Below are positions 26,410 to 39,600 of a DNA stretch of 64,000 nt, piece after piece (within the stretch, counting starts at the first letter, position 1; every line of letters begins with the position of its first letter). Source of the DNA: Cycas panzhihuaensis (taxonomy: Eukaryota; Plantae; Cycadophyta); NCBI GenBank assembly GCA_023213395.1, contig CM041465.1, forward strand, positions 101,191,741 to 101,255,740. The letters run 5' to 3'. The notes beneath the pieces are model-generated. The model worked only from the letters and a program-made list of their open reading frames with translations. It was not told where the DNA came from and did no database searches. The translations under genes were made by a program, and so were the position numbers.

Positions 26410-27855
26410 TGACGTTAGTCTCACGGAACATTAGAGGGATGAATGTGCCCTCAAAATAGAAGGTGTTAAAGGATTTGAAGTTGAGAGTACAACTGGATAT
26501 TTTATTTCTACAAGAAACAAAGTTGAATAAGGATAACAACATGTGGGTTAAAGATAAAATTTGGAGAAAAGTTAAGATGTTAACAATGGATTGCAATCAA
26601 GGGGCAGGGGGCCTAATAGTATTGTCAAACCCAAAGATATGGATAGAAGAAATTTATAAGATGGAGGATTACTTTATCTCTGTATGGTTTACATGTAGAA
26701 TATCTAACTCAAAATGGCTAGCCACAAATGTTTATACCCTAAGTCAGCCAGAGGGGAGGAGATTATTATGGGACAAGTTCTTGGAGGACCACAAAGAATG
26801 CCTAAGACCTTAGTTGGTGGCTAGAGATTTTAACATAGCCCTTTCCCCTGGTGAGAAAAGAGTAGGGTGGGAGGGGCGGTTGAGTAGTATGCATGATTTG
26901 GTCAACTTCATGCAGAGAGGAGGGTTATTATATGTCCCTCTTATCAAAACAAAGTTCACTTGGTCTAATAGAAGGATTGGGAAGTAGCACATCTAGGTGA
27001 GGTTAGATAGAGTATTGATTAACTATAATTGGGCTAGAAGTTATAATAATGTTAAATTAGAAGTGCTTCAAAAATCCATTTTGAATCATTCACCACTTCA
27101 GTTGGATTTTTCCTACATTGATAAGTATAAGGGTTCACCATTTAGATTTGAAATGATATGAACCAAACACTCGAGCTTTAGGGATAAGGTTAGGGAGTGG
27201 TGGAAGGTGCCTATATAAGGATGTGCAATGTATAGGTTTTCAAAGAAGTTAGACTAGGTAAAGAGGCAAGTAAAAAGGTGGAACAAAGAGGTGCATAGAA
27301 ATATCTTTGTTATCAAGGACCAGATTATTAGGGACATAGAAGCTACTGAAAGGAGGATTCATGAGGAAGACAAATCCCAAGATCTAGATAAAGTAGAAAG
27401 AGATTTGGTCAAGAATCTAGAGGAGACCTTAATTAAGGAGGAGATCCAGTAGAGGAAAAAATCCAAGGCCCTATGGTTGGCTGAAGGGGATAGAAACACC
27501 AAATTCTTCCACATAATAGTGGTGAAATATATAACAAGCAATAGAATCAATAACCTTTTTAATAAAGATGGTTAGGAAGTTAATGGATAGGAAGATTTGA
27601 AAGGCATTGCTATGAATTATTTTAAAGAGTTATTCTAGGAGCTGGGATTCCAGACGATGATGCCAAAAAGGATGTTTTAAGGACAATCCCCAAATTAGTT
27701 AATGAAGGTCATAATGCCTTGCTTAAAGCCCCATTCACCCAGGATGAAGTTAAAAGGGTTATTTTTGGGATGAAGAGGGAGAAAGCATCGAGTTTGGATG
27801 GCTTTCCTCCTAGCTTTTTCCAAAAACTTTAGGACATTATTAAGGGGGACTAATG
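26410..27855 (+). pseudogene. LINE ORF2 remnant (endonuclease, linker, start of RT region)
   Basis: MTLVSRNIRG, FLQETK, NVY, ARDFN, FTWSN, RLDRVLIN, NHSP, WLAEGDRNTKFFH, KASSLDGFPPSFFQK. Confidence 0.9.
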
Positions 27856-28393
27856 ACAAACTCTCTTATCCTAATAGGTGAAGGAAGGAGAGGGAGAATC
27901 AAAGCTCTTTTCTTGGGAGAATAGGAAAAGAGAAGGCAAGGCCTAGTAGAGTACAGGGCCTACAGAATAAAAGAGAAATTGTAAACAAAAGAATGTGAGA
28001 GGGGTTTGGTGTGGAGAAACCAAATCCTAAAAAGGATAAAATAAATGGGGCATCTGCCAAGGATTACCTAAAGGAAAGCCTCTAAGGTTTAGGAGAAATA
28101 AATCAAGTGGCTAAGTATATCAAGAGTTTTTGGATAATGTCTTAGTTTTGTTCAAAGGTGCTATAAAGATACAAAGTATTATTACTAAGTAAATGCAACT
28201 TAAAAGAAACTCTCTTCTTATTTCTCTTCTTTCCCTCCCTCTCTTTACCAACAAAATAACTAGGTGAAAGGGAAAAGGGGAGTGCAACAGAGAAAGAGAG
28301 TATGACGACTTATGCAACTTGTTTTAAAAATGCATGAAAGAAAAGATGGCTCCAAAAAGACTTGGGTTCCCTTTTTGTTCCTACCCTTGTGTA

Positions 28394-28626
28394 TGTTGAA
28401 AAACATAGCAAAGACAGAACTTGATTTATATAGAGAAAAGAAAGAGTGATCATTTTATTGAGATTCAGTCTTCTTAAATATACATCAACAATGTGACCAT
28501 TACAAACTAAAATGTAACCGATCAGTCTAAGACTGCCAAGTGGCACAATCTTATATTAGAGTTACATTTGAGGGTGGTCCCAACATGACCCCCTTTCTCA
28601 CTTAGATAAAACATTACATATTAATG
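28394..28626 (-). repeat. Copia-2 3' LTR
   Basis: Direct repeat of 33461-33693. PPT AAGAGAGGG is adjacent. Confidence 0.95.
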
Positions 28627-28633
28627 CCCTCTC

Positions 28634-31600
28634 TTAATGTTTTATCTCTAATAGTCTCGTTTTGTTTCTTAAATATTTAAGCCTTTCTTTTCCAAGAGGC
28701 TTTGTCAGAAGATCTGCAACCTATTTAGCTAAGGGATAGTACTCCAAGTCAATTTCTTTATTATGTACCATTTCTCTTATGAAATGATGGTGAACTTCAA
28801 TATGCTTGGTTCTTGCATGTAGAATTGGATTTTTGGTTAGCTTGATGGCACTTTGATTATCGCACTTCAAGGAGGTTGCCTTTTTTCGCTGTTGATCCAA
28901 GTCGAGCAGAAGTTGTCTTAACCATATAGCTTTACAGGTTGCTGACGCAGCTGCTTTGTATTCTGCTTCTGTAGAAGAGAGAGCAATTGCAGCCTGTTTC
29001 TTACTATACCAGGAGATTGCTGATGATCCTAAGAAAAAACAATATCCACTAGTGGATTTCCTTTATTCTTTGTCTCCAGCCCAGTTGGAGTCAGAATACC
29101 CTGATATTTCGATTGAGCATCCTTTTAAGTATACTAACTTAAGATCTGTTGTTCCTTTAAGATATCTCAAAATTCTTTTTACAACCTGCCAATGTCTTAA
29201 TTTTGGATTTTGCATGTATCTAGATATTAGTCCTACTGAATAAGATATGTCAGGCTTGGTGGCTGTCAGATAAATCAGACTTCCAATCATTTGTCTATAC
29301 AGAGTGACATCAGCATCTTTTTCCATATTATCTGCCATTAAGTCACAGTTTGTTTCTATGGGTGTTGTACATGGATTGCAGTTCTCCATCTGAAATCAAA
29401 CAAGCAGATGTTTGATGTAGTTGCTCTGGGACAAGGTTATATAATTTGGATATTGACCTACTTCCAATCCTAAGTAATAATTTAGTGAACCTAAGTCTAT
29501 CATTTCAAATTTCTGTTGAAGTTGATCCTTGATGTCTTTAATTCCTCCTTCATCATTTCCAGTAAGAAGCATATCATCAACATAAACAACAATTATTGTT
29601 ACCTTGTTGTTCTTTTTCCTTATGTAAAGACTAGAGTCAGAGTTGCATCGATTGAACTTATTTTCTTCAAGGGAATGATCTAATTTGGTATACCAAGCCC
29701 GTAGGGCTTGTTTTAGACCATACAGAGCCTTTTTTAATCTGCAAACCAGATTTTCTTGTCCTTTTTCAGTGTATCCTTCAGGTTGTTACATGTAGACTTC
29801 TTCTTCTAATTTGCCATTTAAGAAGGCACTTTTTACATCTAATTGAGAGATTTTCCAATTTTGTGCTACAGCCAAGGCTATTACTGTTCTTACAGTGTTC
29901 ATTTTTGCTACTGGAGAAAAGGTTTCATCAAAATCTACACCAGTTGTTTGTGTATATCCTTTTGCGACTAATCTTGCTTTATACTTTTCTACCTTACTAT
30001 CCATTCCCCTTTTTATTTTGTAAACCTATTTGTAGCTTACAGCAAATTTGTTGGTAGGTAGTTCTACTAATTCCCATGTCTAATTTTTCCTGATTGAGTT
30101 CATTTCATTGTCCATTGCAACTTTCCATTCTTGACGATCTTTTGCTTCTTGAAAGTTTTGAGGTTTGACTTTGCTTAGAAGAGCTTTTGATCTTTACCCT
30201 CTTGTTTTCTATTCTATTATATTACTTTTTCCTTCTTCAATTGTTTTAATATACCATTTTAGCAACCTTTTCTATCTTTGTGAGTCTTCCTTCCCATTGG
30301 AGTCTTCTATTACTTGACTAGTTTCACTTGTTGATGATGGATCAACTGGCCCTTCTTGCGAAGTGATCTCGGATTCATTCTCTTGCTCAGCTTCTGGTGC
30401 TTCTTCTTCTGAAGTGATCTCTGATTTATTTCCTTGCTCTTCTTCATGTGTCCCTTCATTTTCAGTGTGTCTAATAGCTTCATGTTCAATTCCCTTTTCA
30501 CCCTCCTATATTATTCTAACTTATGAAAATTCAATAGAATCTTCTTCATTAAAAACGACATCTCTGCTTACATAGATTTTGTTAGTTTTAGGATCTATGC
30601 ATTTATAGGCTTTTGAATTTTTATTGTAGCCTATCAAAATACATTCTATGCTTTTTGCATCCAGTTTGGATCTTTTTTTATCAGGAATATGCACAAACGC
30701 TTGACTACCAAAAACTTTGAGAAGACTTACATTGGGTTTTTGTCCTGTCCAAGCTTCTTCTGGAGTGATATCCTTCAAAGCTTTTGTGGGACTTCTATTT
30801 ATTAGGTAACATGCTGTGCTTACTGCATCTACCCAATAGGATTTTGATATTTTTGTTCCATATACCATACTTCGAGCCATTTCCATTAGAGTTTTATTCT
30901 TCCTTTCGACTACTCCATTTGACTGAGGAGTATAAGGAGTTGTAATCTGTCTATAAATTCCTTGATCCCTGCAATAATTTAGAAACTCCTTTGAAATATA
31001 TTCTCCTCCTCCATCTAACCTAATGCATTTAATTTTCATTCCTGATTCTAGTTTTGCTTCTGCTTTAAATTCTTTGAATGTTTCAAAGACTTCTGACTTA
31101 TTATGTAAGAAATATACTCATACTTTCTAAGTGAAATCATCAATGGAAGTTAAAAAATATCTACATCCATTAATTGTGAGAGGTGTAATTGGACCACAAA
31201 TATCTGTATGTATCAATTCTAACTTTGACTGAGCTCTCCAAATACTTTCTTTAAAAGGAAGTCCATGATGTTTGCCCAGTTGACAGCCTTTACATATAAA
31301 TTTATCTGATGAAATGCTAGTTAGACCATTCACCATTCTTGATTTTTCTATTAGCTTTAGTGAGTCAATTGAGAGATGTCCATACCTCAAATGCCAAGCT
31401 TTATTATTAGATTTAGAAGCAGTATAAGCTTTTTCTTCCAAGCAAGCAAGTACAAGATCTGACAGAAGTTTGTAAAGGTCATTACATCTTACTCCTTTTG
31501 CAATAAATTTTCCACTTCTCTTCATATCTAGAATATGATAGTTTCCTTCTTCATCGAAAATGGTTCTCAACCCTTTTTTACTTAATTGAGAGATAGAGAG

Positions 31601-32785
31601 AAGATTTATTTTCAGACCTGGAACAAACAAAATGTTTCCAATCCTTTTTGCATTCCCATCAAGATTTACATAGATAGTTACAATCCCTTTTATATCAAGA
31701 GAATACTTATCACCTAATTCTACTGATTTGTTTATATTATAGGGTTTTAAGGTTTCAAACCATTCTTCTCGATTTGTCATATGTTTGGAAGCTCCTGAAT
31801 CTATATACCATATGTCCTTGTCTTTCATACTGGTAGCCAAGGCAGTGATGAAGGCAGTTTCTTCTTCCTCCTCTTCATCTTTTTCTTTACTGTAGCCTCC
31901 AACGGGTCATTTTCCTTTCTAAATTTTACTTCATCTTTGTGGACACTGATATGGATAGTGCCTTCTTTGTCCGCAATAGTAGCATATATTAAAGATTCTA
32001 TAATTACTGGTGAAATGTCTGGTTCTTCCATAGTTGAAACAAACTCTGTTTTCTCTGCCACGTCCCTGTCCTCTTGAATTTTGCTAACATCCTTGTCCCC
32101 TAAAATCTGGTGTTCTAGTTCGTCCTCAAAATTGATGTCTTCCTCTTAACCCGAGGTTTAGTCTAGATGCAAAGGCATCCTCCAATTCTGATGTGTTTTC
32201 ATAGCTTTTGTTTCTCTGTTCTTGTCTTAGTAATAAACCTGTCAATTCATCAAGAGTTAACTTGTCTAACCTATCACTATCTGTGATAGTGTTGACGATT
32301 GTGTCAAATGATTTTGGTAATCTTGAAGTCACAATTTCCACTAGGTCTTATTCAGAAATTAGACCTCTGGCACTTAAGAGATTATTTTGAATAGTAATAA
32401 TCTTATATATAAATTCCACTACATCTTCATTTTCTTTCATGTGAAGCTTATACAATTCTTCTTTGAGAGTAATTATTCTTGCCTTATTCTTTTGTCGATA
32501 CAAATTTTCTAAACATTTCCAAATTTCAGATGCCATATTCAATTTTTCAACATAAATTAGGACTGAATCAAAAATTGACATTTTCAAGGTGAGACTACCT
32601 ATATTATTTCTTTCTTCCCAGTTCCCTAGCTTAGCATCACCAACAGTAGGACATTTTTCTATTCCTTCAGCAATGCCCCAGGCATTTTTGACCCTTAGAA
32701 TGGTTTCCATCTTAATTTTCCAGATATGATAGTTGGAACTAGTTAATTTTTTTGGTTCAGGCAGAGAGATGAGTGTGGAGGACAT
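28634..32785 (-). pseudogene. Copia-2 gag-pol (fragmented)
   Basis: Gag NYHIWKIKME, two zinc knuckles, PR WYIDSGASKHM, INT RLDGGGEY/NGVVERKN, RT YVDDML, RH YSDSNWAGD. The last codons EIKH* sit next to the PPT. Confidence 0.95.
30360..30461. repeat. 51-bp tandem duplication in the copia-2 INT-RT linker
   Basis: GAAGTGATCTC starts at 30360 and again at 30411, with similar downstream sequence. Confidence 0.7.
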
Positions 32786-33460
32786 TATTCTCAGACGCAG
32801 AAAGTAGTTTTAAAGTCTAGACTGTATAATTGTATAGAATTCCATACAAAACCCTAAGTGTACAGACGAAGGGAAAGTGTACCTCAAACTCTAGATTTTT
32901 TAGGTGCCTATTCAGATCTGAAGACAGATTTGTAAAAAAATCACTCATAAAGGAGAAATTAGCCCTGAAAGATAAAACTGTGGCTAGGGCAGAAACTTAG
33001 ACTTTAAAGAAATCACAGTAAAAATCTTAGAAAAACTCTTTGAAAATGGATGGAAACTCAAAGAAATAATGCTGAGAAGAATTTATGACTGAAAATACCT
33101 GAATTCATGAGCAAATTGAAGAGATTTTTTAGCAAAATACTTCAAACTCGTGCGAACTGGTTCAGGCTCTGTTTGGCCTACAAAACGTCTCCAGATGGCT
33201 TTGCTCCAGAAGAGAAAAGTGTTCTTTGTATTCTGATCTATCTTCCCACCAATTTTGACTTCGATCTGACACTTTTAAAAAAATACATCCGTACACACCC
33301 ATACAGATCTGTATAGTTCCGTACACCAGAATATTAATGATCTTTTGGCAGGATTGTGACCTTAACTTCCTTGTCTCCTTCTTAGATCCTTGACTAAATT
33401 ATTTTTTATAGAAGAAAACATCTCCAAATGATCAGATTAGACTGACCTACTCTGATACCA

Positions 33461-33693
33461 TGTTGAAAAACAGAGCAAAGACAGAACTTGATTTGTATAG
33501 AGAAGAGAAAGAGTGATCATTTTATTGAGATTTGGTCTTCTTAAATATACATCAACAATGTGACCATTACAAACTGAAATGTAACTGATCAGTCTAAGAC
33601 TGCCAAGTGGCACAATCTTATATTAGAATTACATTTGAGGGTGGTCCCAACATGACCCCCTTTCTCACTTAGATAAAACATTACATATCAACA
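33461..33693 (-). repeat. Copia-2 5' LTR
   Basis: TG...CA. PBS TGGTATCAGAG at 33450-33460 lies immediately inside. Confidence 0.95.
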
Positions 33694-36654
33694 GTGTATA
33701 CAAAGTGAATATAAGATAAGGATGCAGAAAAAGAAGAGAACCCCTTTCTATCACTTTCTTTTTAAGAGTAAAATGAAAGATTCACTAACCTAAACTATCC
33801 TTTTCCATGCTCATGCAAGAAAAAAATGGGGGAGCGGGGTCAATGCATGCCAATACTATGGTCAAGAAACAAAATGTGAATGCCTTTCCTTTTCACTTTT
33901 CTTTCAAATGAATGTAAAGTGAATGATTACAAATAATGTGGAAATGCAACCTATTTTCCTTTTTAGGAAAGGGGAAAAATGGATAAGGAATGAGAGAAAG
34001 GATAGGGAAGGTGCACCTAGAAATAAGCTGATTGATGGAGTGCATCTCCTTCCCTTCATCAGTCACCTTACGGTCCAAACTATTATTTACATTATAGACA
34101 GAACCATTGGTAGTGCTTCCTTAGCTTTCCCAAAATGCTTAATCAAAAGGAATGAAGAGTTTCAAAGGAACGTTTCAATGGACATAAACAAAAATGAAAT
34201 GTGCATACCTTCTAACATGATCCTTACTCAAAGTGGGTGGAGATGCTTTGTAAACCAACTGCTTCTAGTAAGCAATAATATACATATGCTAATGCATATG
34301 GATATATGTGTGTGTATATGTCCTTGCTAAAAGAAAATCCAAAACTTACATGTTACTTTAAAGAAAAGAAACAATATATCTTCGAATATTTCCCACTATG
34401 TATTTAAATGTTTCCAAACAATACTTAAGGGAAAACGAGGGTTTAAAGGGTGTGAGAAAGGAGAGCCTTGGAATGGCTAGCTCCTCCAAATAAGACACCT
34501 CCATGTACTCAGGTACTCTAGGAAATCAAGTTAGAAGAGGGTTTATAACCCTAAATAAATAAAGAAAATGATACAACTTATAAGAATAAAAAAGATGCAA
34601 AAGTTGCAAAAAGTATAAATGTTGCAACTTTTGCAAGATTTACAAGGAGGATGGAAACCTCACAAAATGGCTAAGATTTATAAGGAAACCTACTTCCAAA
34701 TGATGTGTATAAGGGTTGGTTGCAAGCATTGCAAGGGGCTGTAAATGCTACAACCAAATGAAAGCCTTCACCCAAGGGTTTTCTTAGTGTGTAGGGTGAA
34801 TATGGCACAGGAAGACTAAGAGAGGTAGGGGGCTACCCTAAAGGACGTGGTTATGAGGGTCATAACCCTAGCCATGGACTCCTCTTCTCCCTCTCAAAGG
34901 GTTCCCATGATCCACCTACTTATGTCCCAAGAAGTAACCAAGAGGTGTTGAGGCATAAACAAGGGGGAAGGAAGGGTTTACCTTCCTTTAAATGGCCAAA
35001 AGAGATGAAAATGCATGCAAAATTTGTAAATAAATATAAGTACTCACCAAGTATATTTTCCAAAAGGAGTAACAATAGGAAATAAATCTAAAATAGCCAC
35101 TAAAAACTGAAATGAGATGGATGTTACCTCATACATCAATGGAAGGATGAGAATCCCTCTTACTAGGTGGAGAATGTCTCCCCTTGGATGCAAAAATGAG
35201 AGTGAGAACCCTTCAAAACTTGTTGTAGTAGCTAGATTGAGCACTTTGGAAGGAAGACATACTAAAGACAAGCTAGTGAAGACCTACAATCTAGGGTTTT
35301 ACCCTAGGAGAAGAGGAAGATAGAAGGAGAGAGCTAAAAATATAGGTTGGAGGCATTTTTTTCCTTACACAAGAGAGCCAAGAGAGGTAAAATGGATTCA
35401 AAATTGGGTTTTTATACCCAAATTAGGTCTATTGAGTGATTAGGGTTCACTCTAGGTAGGAAACAGTGCCCTGCCATGTGTCAGTTTTGCAATAAATGTG
35501 AAACAAGCCATTTACAGGCCATGGAGATTAGAGGATAGTCACCCCATAGAAAAGTTTATGGTACCATAAAGTTTGCCATGGTACCACAAATATTACCACA
35601 TTGCAAATAAAATAAAGGGAAAAATAAAAGAGAGACCTAGGAGACCCCAAAAAAAGGGTCCTAGGGCCTAATAGAGTAGTGTATTGGACTAGTAAGGCAT
35701 CTAAGAGACCTCTAAATATTAGTAAAACCTTATTAAATAAGAAGAGAATGGTAATAAGACCCTAACGAGGGATAAATAACATATGTGAGGGTGATCAGGC
35801 CTAAAATGAGGGGTTGGGAATCATGTCCAATGCTAATAATTATTAAATGTGGGTTATGGGGGCCCAAGAGTACCCAGGAGTGCTGAGAGGGTGTTATGAG
35901 GGGCTGTGTAATGCCATAGGACGTTGGTCCTAAGTCATCATAGGTTGAACCATAGTCATAGGCACAAGAAAGGGTAGGCAAACCAAGCATCTCAACCATG
36001 AATGCAATAGTGTCATATATAATGCATGTGTTAAACATCTCATCACATCCTGAAGTAAATGAGAAGCAAGGTTAGAGATATATACCTATGCCTACCTAAG
36101 AGGTACCATCCATGTCCATTCTCAGTAGTTGGGAAATAGACTATAAGAGATATTGTACTATAAATACATCAGTCAAATCCCTTGGTAAATATTCAAGATA
36201 GTGAATCTATGAGATAAGCTTCTTACCAACAACTTTGCTAAACTCTCTAGGCTTAAAATTTTGAATACCTAAAGAAGACTAAGGAACAAATAGGGGAGCA
36301 AGCTACTAAGGAATAAAAGAAGGAACACATAATGATGGTTTATAGGTGTTTAAAATAAGTAATGAAAATTTTGAACCAATCATTTAAGATGAATTAGCAC
36401 ATGATGCATACCAAAGTTGTAATGAATTCAAGTGATTTTGAAGACTCTAAATTTGTAAAAATAGTTGAGCTTTAATATTTGATAGAATCAAATGGGAAAA
36501 ATATATAGGTTTTGAGTTATTATTAGGGAAAGAATTCGTATACATTCCCTTCTATTGGATTCTAAAAGGATGATTATTGCATCAAGGCCTAGGTAGGGAA
36601 ATTCCTATTAGTATGCTCATTAGGAATGTGGCAATTTGAGTACAAAAGCTACTT

Positions 36655-39600
36655 GTGATAAGTATTCTCTCGATTGTTTACCTCCCTATATTGATTATAA
36701 TAAGGAGGCTCTATACAAAGAATTCTCAATGCTTCATTAATGAAAAATAAATCTATAAATACATTACATCTTATACGAGACAAATGACAACCACTAAATG
36801 TGATCTTACCACTTGTTATTTTAAGAGAGAAAGGGGAAGTGATACATGATCTTCATAATGTATTTTGATTACACTTTAATTTTTACAAAGTATTCTAAGA
36901 ATATCCTAAATAAAATATTACTTCTAACACCCTCTCTTAATATTTTATCTATTTAATTCCTAACTTATTTCTAAATGAGGTAAATTTGTCTCTACTTAAG
37001 GGTTTTGTAAGGGCATCAGCAACTTGGGTTTCTATAGTACAATGTAGACATTTAATCTCTTTGTTTTAAACTTTTTCTCTAAGGAATGATGATGTATTTC
37101 TATATGTTTGGTCCTTGCATATAGTATTAGATTCTTTGTCATCTTGGTTATGATTTGATTATAGCAGAATAATTGTGTAGGTGTTGTTTGTTCTTGTCTA
37201 AGATCTTTTAGAAGTTGTCTGATCTATACTCCTTCACATGATGCATTTACTACTAATTTATACTCTACTTCTATTGAAGATAAGGCTATTGTATATTGTT
37301 TTTTGCTGCTCTAGGATGTTAAGGTTATTCCTAGAAAGAAACAATATCCTGATGTTGACTTCTTGTCCATTCTATCTCCTTCCTAATTAGAATCATAAAA
37401 TCCTATTAATTGCATATCATTGTTTTTTATATATTCTAGTCTAAGATTTGTTGTTCCTTTCAAATACCATAGAATTCTCTTTGTAGCATTCTAATAAGGT
37501 ATCTTTGGATTTTCTATAAACCTGGAGACCACACCAACCACATAAGAGATATCCATTCTAGTAGCTATAAGATAGATCAAGATTCTAATTAGTTGTTTAT
37601 ATGTGGTTGCATTAATAGGTTGTGTTTCTTGATCAACATTTAGTACATAACCAGTCTCCACGGGTGTGGCTACACTATTGCAATTTTTCATATTGAATTT
37701 TTTCAACACATTCTTGATGTATTTAGATTAAAACAAGATAACAAAGTTGTTATTTTGTCCAATTTTTATGCCTAGATGGTAATGAAACATTCCAAGATTT
37801 ATCATTTCAAACATTTTTTCAAATTATTTTTTGATAAGTGTAATTGAATCTACATCATCTCATGTAATCAACATATCATCTACGCACACTACTATAATGG
37901 AGATTAGACCTTGATTGTATTTTATATATAGACTATAATTTGACTCACACCTATAAAAGCTATTTAATACAAGATACTTGTCCAATTTAGTATGCTAGGC
38001 TCTTGGTATTTGCTTGAGTCCATATAATGCTTTTTTAAGTTTGCAGACTAGATTTTCTTGACTGGCTTTTATGTATCCTTCAAGTTGGTACATATATACT
38101 TCTTCTTAGAGATCTCCATTTAGAAAGGTTCTTTTTACATCCATTTGGTAAATTTTCCATCCTTTTTTAGCAGTAATTATAATTATTATTCTCACAGTAC
38201 TCAATTTTATCATTGGTGAGAACGTTTCTTCATAGTCAATTCCAACAGTTTATATGTAACCTTTTACCACCAACCTAGCTTTGTACTTTTCAATTTCTCT
38301 ATTTAGTTTTTTTTTTACTCTATATACCCATTTTTAATTTACAATAGGTTTATCCTTTTGAGGTTCCACTAAGTCACAAGTCTCATTCTTGTGAATAGCT
38401 TCCATTTCTACATACATTATTATTCTCCATATTTGGAACTTGTTTACTTTTTCGAATATGTTTGGTTCAACAAAACAAACTATTGTTTGTGGTTTCTAAG
38501 ATCTTATCTATATTCAAACACTTCTTCTTTTGTTTCTTTAAGGGTTTTCAGATACTATTTTGGTACTTTTTTAGAGTATTCTTCTTCTTCTTAAGTAGTG
38601 TCGAGATCACCTATTTAATTAATGTTAGATGTCTTTTAATCTGAAGTTTCACTTCCAGATTTAACATCTTCTAAAGTAATTATAGATTTCTCATCTAGTT
38701 GGACTATATTTAACTGTTTATCATCTATGTCTATTTATTGATACTCTATTTTATTGTGCTTTACCTCTTCATCAAATATCACATCTCCACTAATATATAG
38801 TTTGTTTATTTATAGGTCAAGACACATGTATGCTTTTGAGCGATTACTATACCTAACCATTATATATTCTATGTTTTTGTTATCTAACTTAGTCCTTTTT
38901 TTGTCTAAAATGTGTACATAAGCTTTATAACTAAAGACTTTGAGATGACTTACATTTAGTTTATGCCTGGTCCATGCTTCTCTAAGTGTCACCTTGTCAA
39001 GTGCTTAAGTTGGACCTCTATTAATTAGATACATAGTTGTATTGACTACTTTTTCCTAATATCTTTTTGTGGTTTCCCTATCTTTCAAAAAGCATCTAGC
39101 CATTTCTAAAATTATTCTATTCATTCTCTCTACTACACCATTTAACTGTGGTATATAAGGAGTTGTGACCTATCTATAGATTCTATGTAGTTTATAAAAC
39201 TAAAGAAAACCTTTGGACATATATTCTCCTCCTCCATCAGAGCAAACACACTTGATTTTTTTATTGGTTTCTAATTCCACTTATACTTTAAATTCTTTGA
39301 AATAATCAAGTGCTTTTGATTTGCTAAATAAGAAATATAGCCATATTTTTCTATAGAAATCATCAATGAAGGTTAAAAAGTATTGTGCTCCATTTGTTGA
39401 AACTGACATAAAGGGACCACAAAGATCAGTATGAACCAAATCTAATTTGGTTTATGCTCACTGTGCGTTTTTTGTAAAAGAAATCCTATGTCATTTACCC
39501 ATTATATAAATTTTGAATACGAATGAATTAAATAGAATATCAAGCAAACCATTCATCATTTTTAATGTTTTAATCTTTCCAATCTATCATGTGAGATATG

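Larger units (their letters stand above)
24531..27855 (+). mobile_element. L1-clade LINE, 3'-truncated and degenerate
   Basis: ORF1 (DUF4283-like region and decayed zinc knuckle) is followed by ORF2 with an APE endonuclease. It breaks off near the start of RT. The 5' boundary is approximate. Confidence 0.88.
28394..33693 (-). mobile_element. Copia-2: full-length short-LTR Ty1/copia element, the youngest insertion in the window
   Basis: 233-bp LTRs (11 differences counted, ~4.7%). Perfect TSD GTGTA at 28389-28393 and 33694-33698. iMet PBS, PPT and a complete domain set. Confidence 0.96.
27860..36037 (-). repeat. Probable long Tat-type LTR on the minus strand (~2.8 kb excluding the inserted copia-2)
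   Basis: In reverse complement it shares the ATGGTACCAT 20-bp repeat, a TATAAAA box (~35410-35416) and the CATGGAGG...GCCATTCCAAGGC block with the LTRs at 43047 and 48996. Possible TGTTT terminus at 36037. Boundaries are tentative. Confidence 0.45.

Noticed and set aside
33923-34330. 135-aa ORF
   Set aside because: No recognisable domain; it lies in AT-rich LTR-like sequence.
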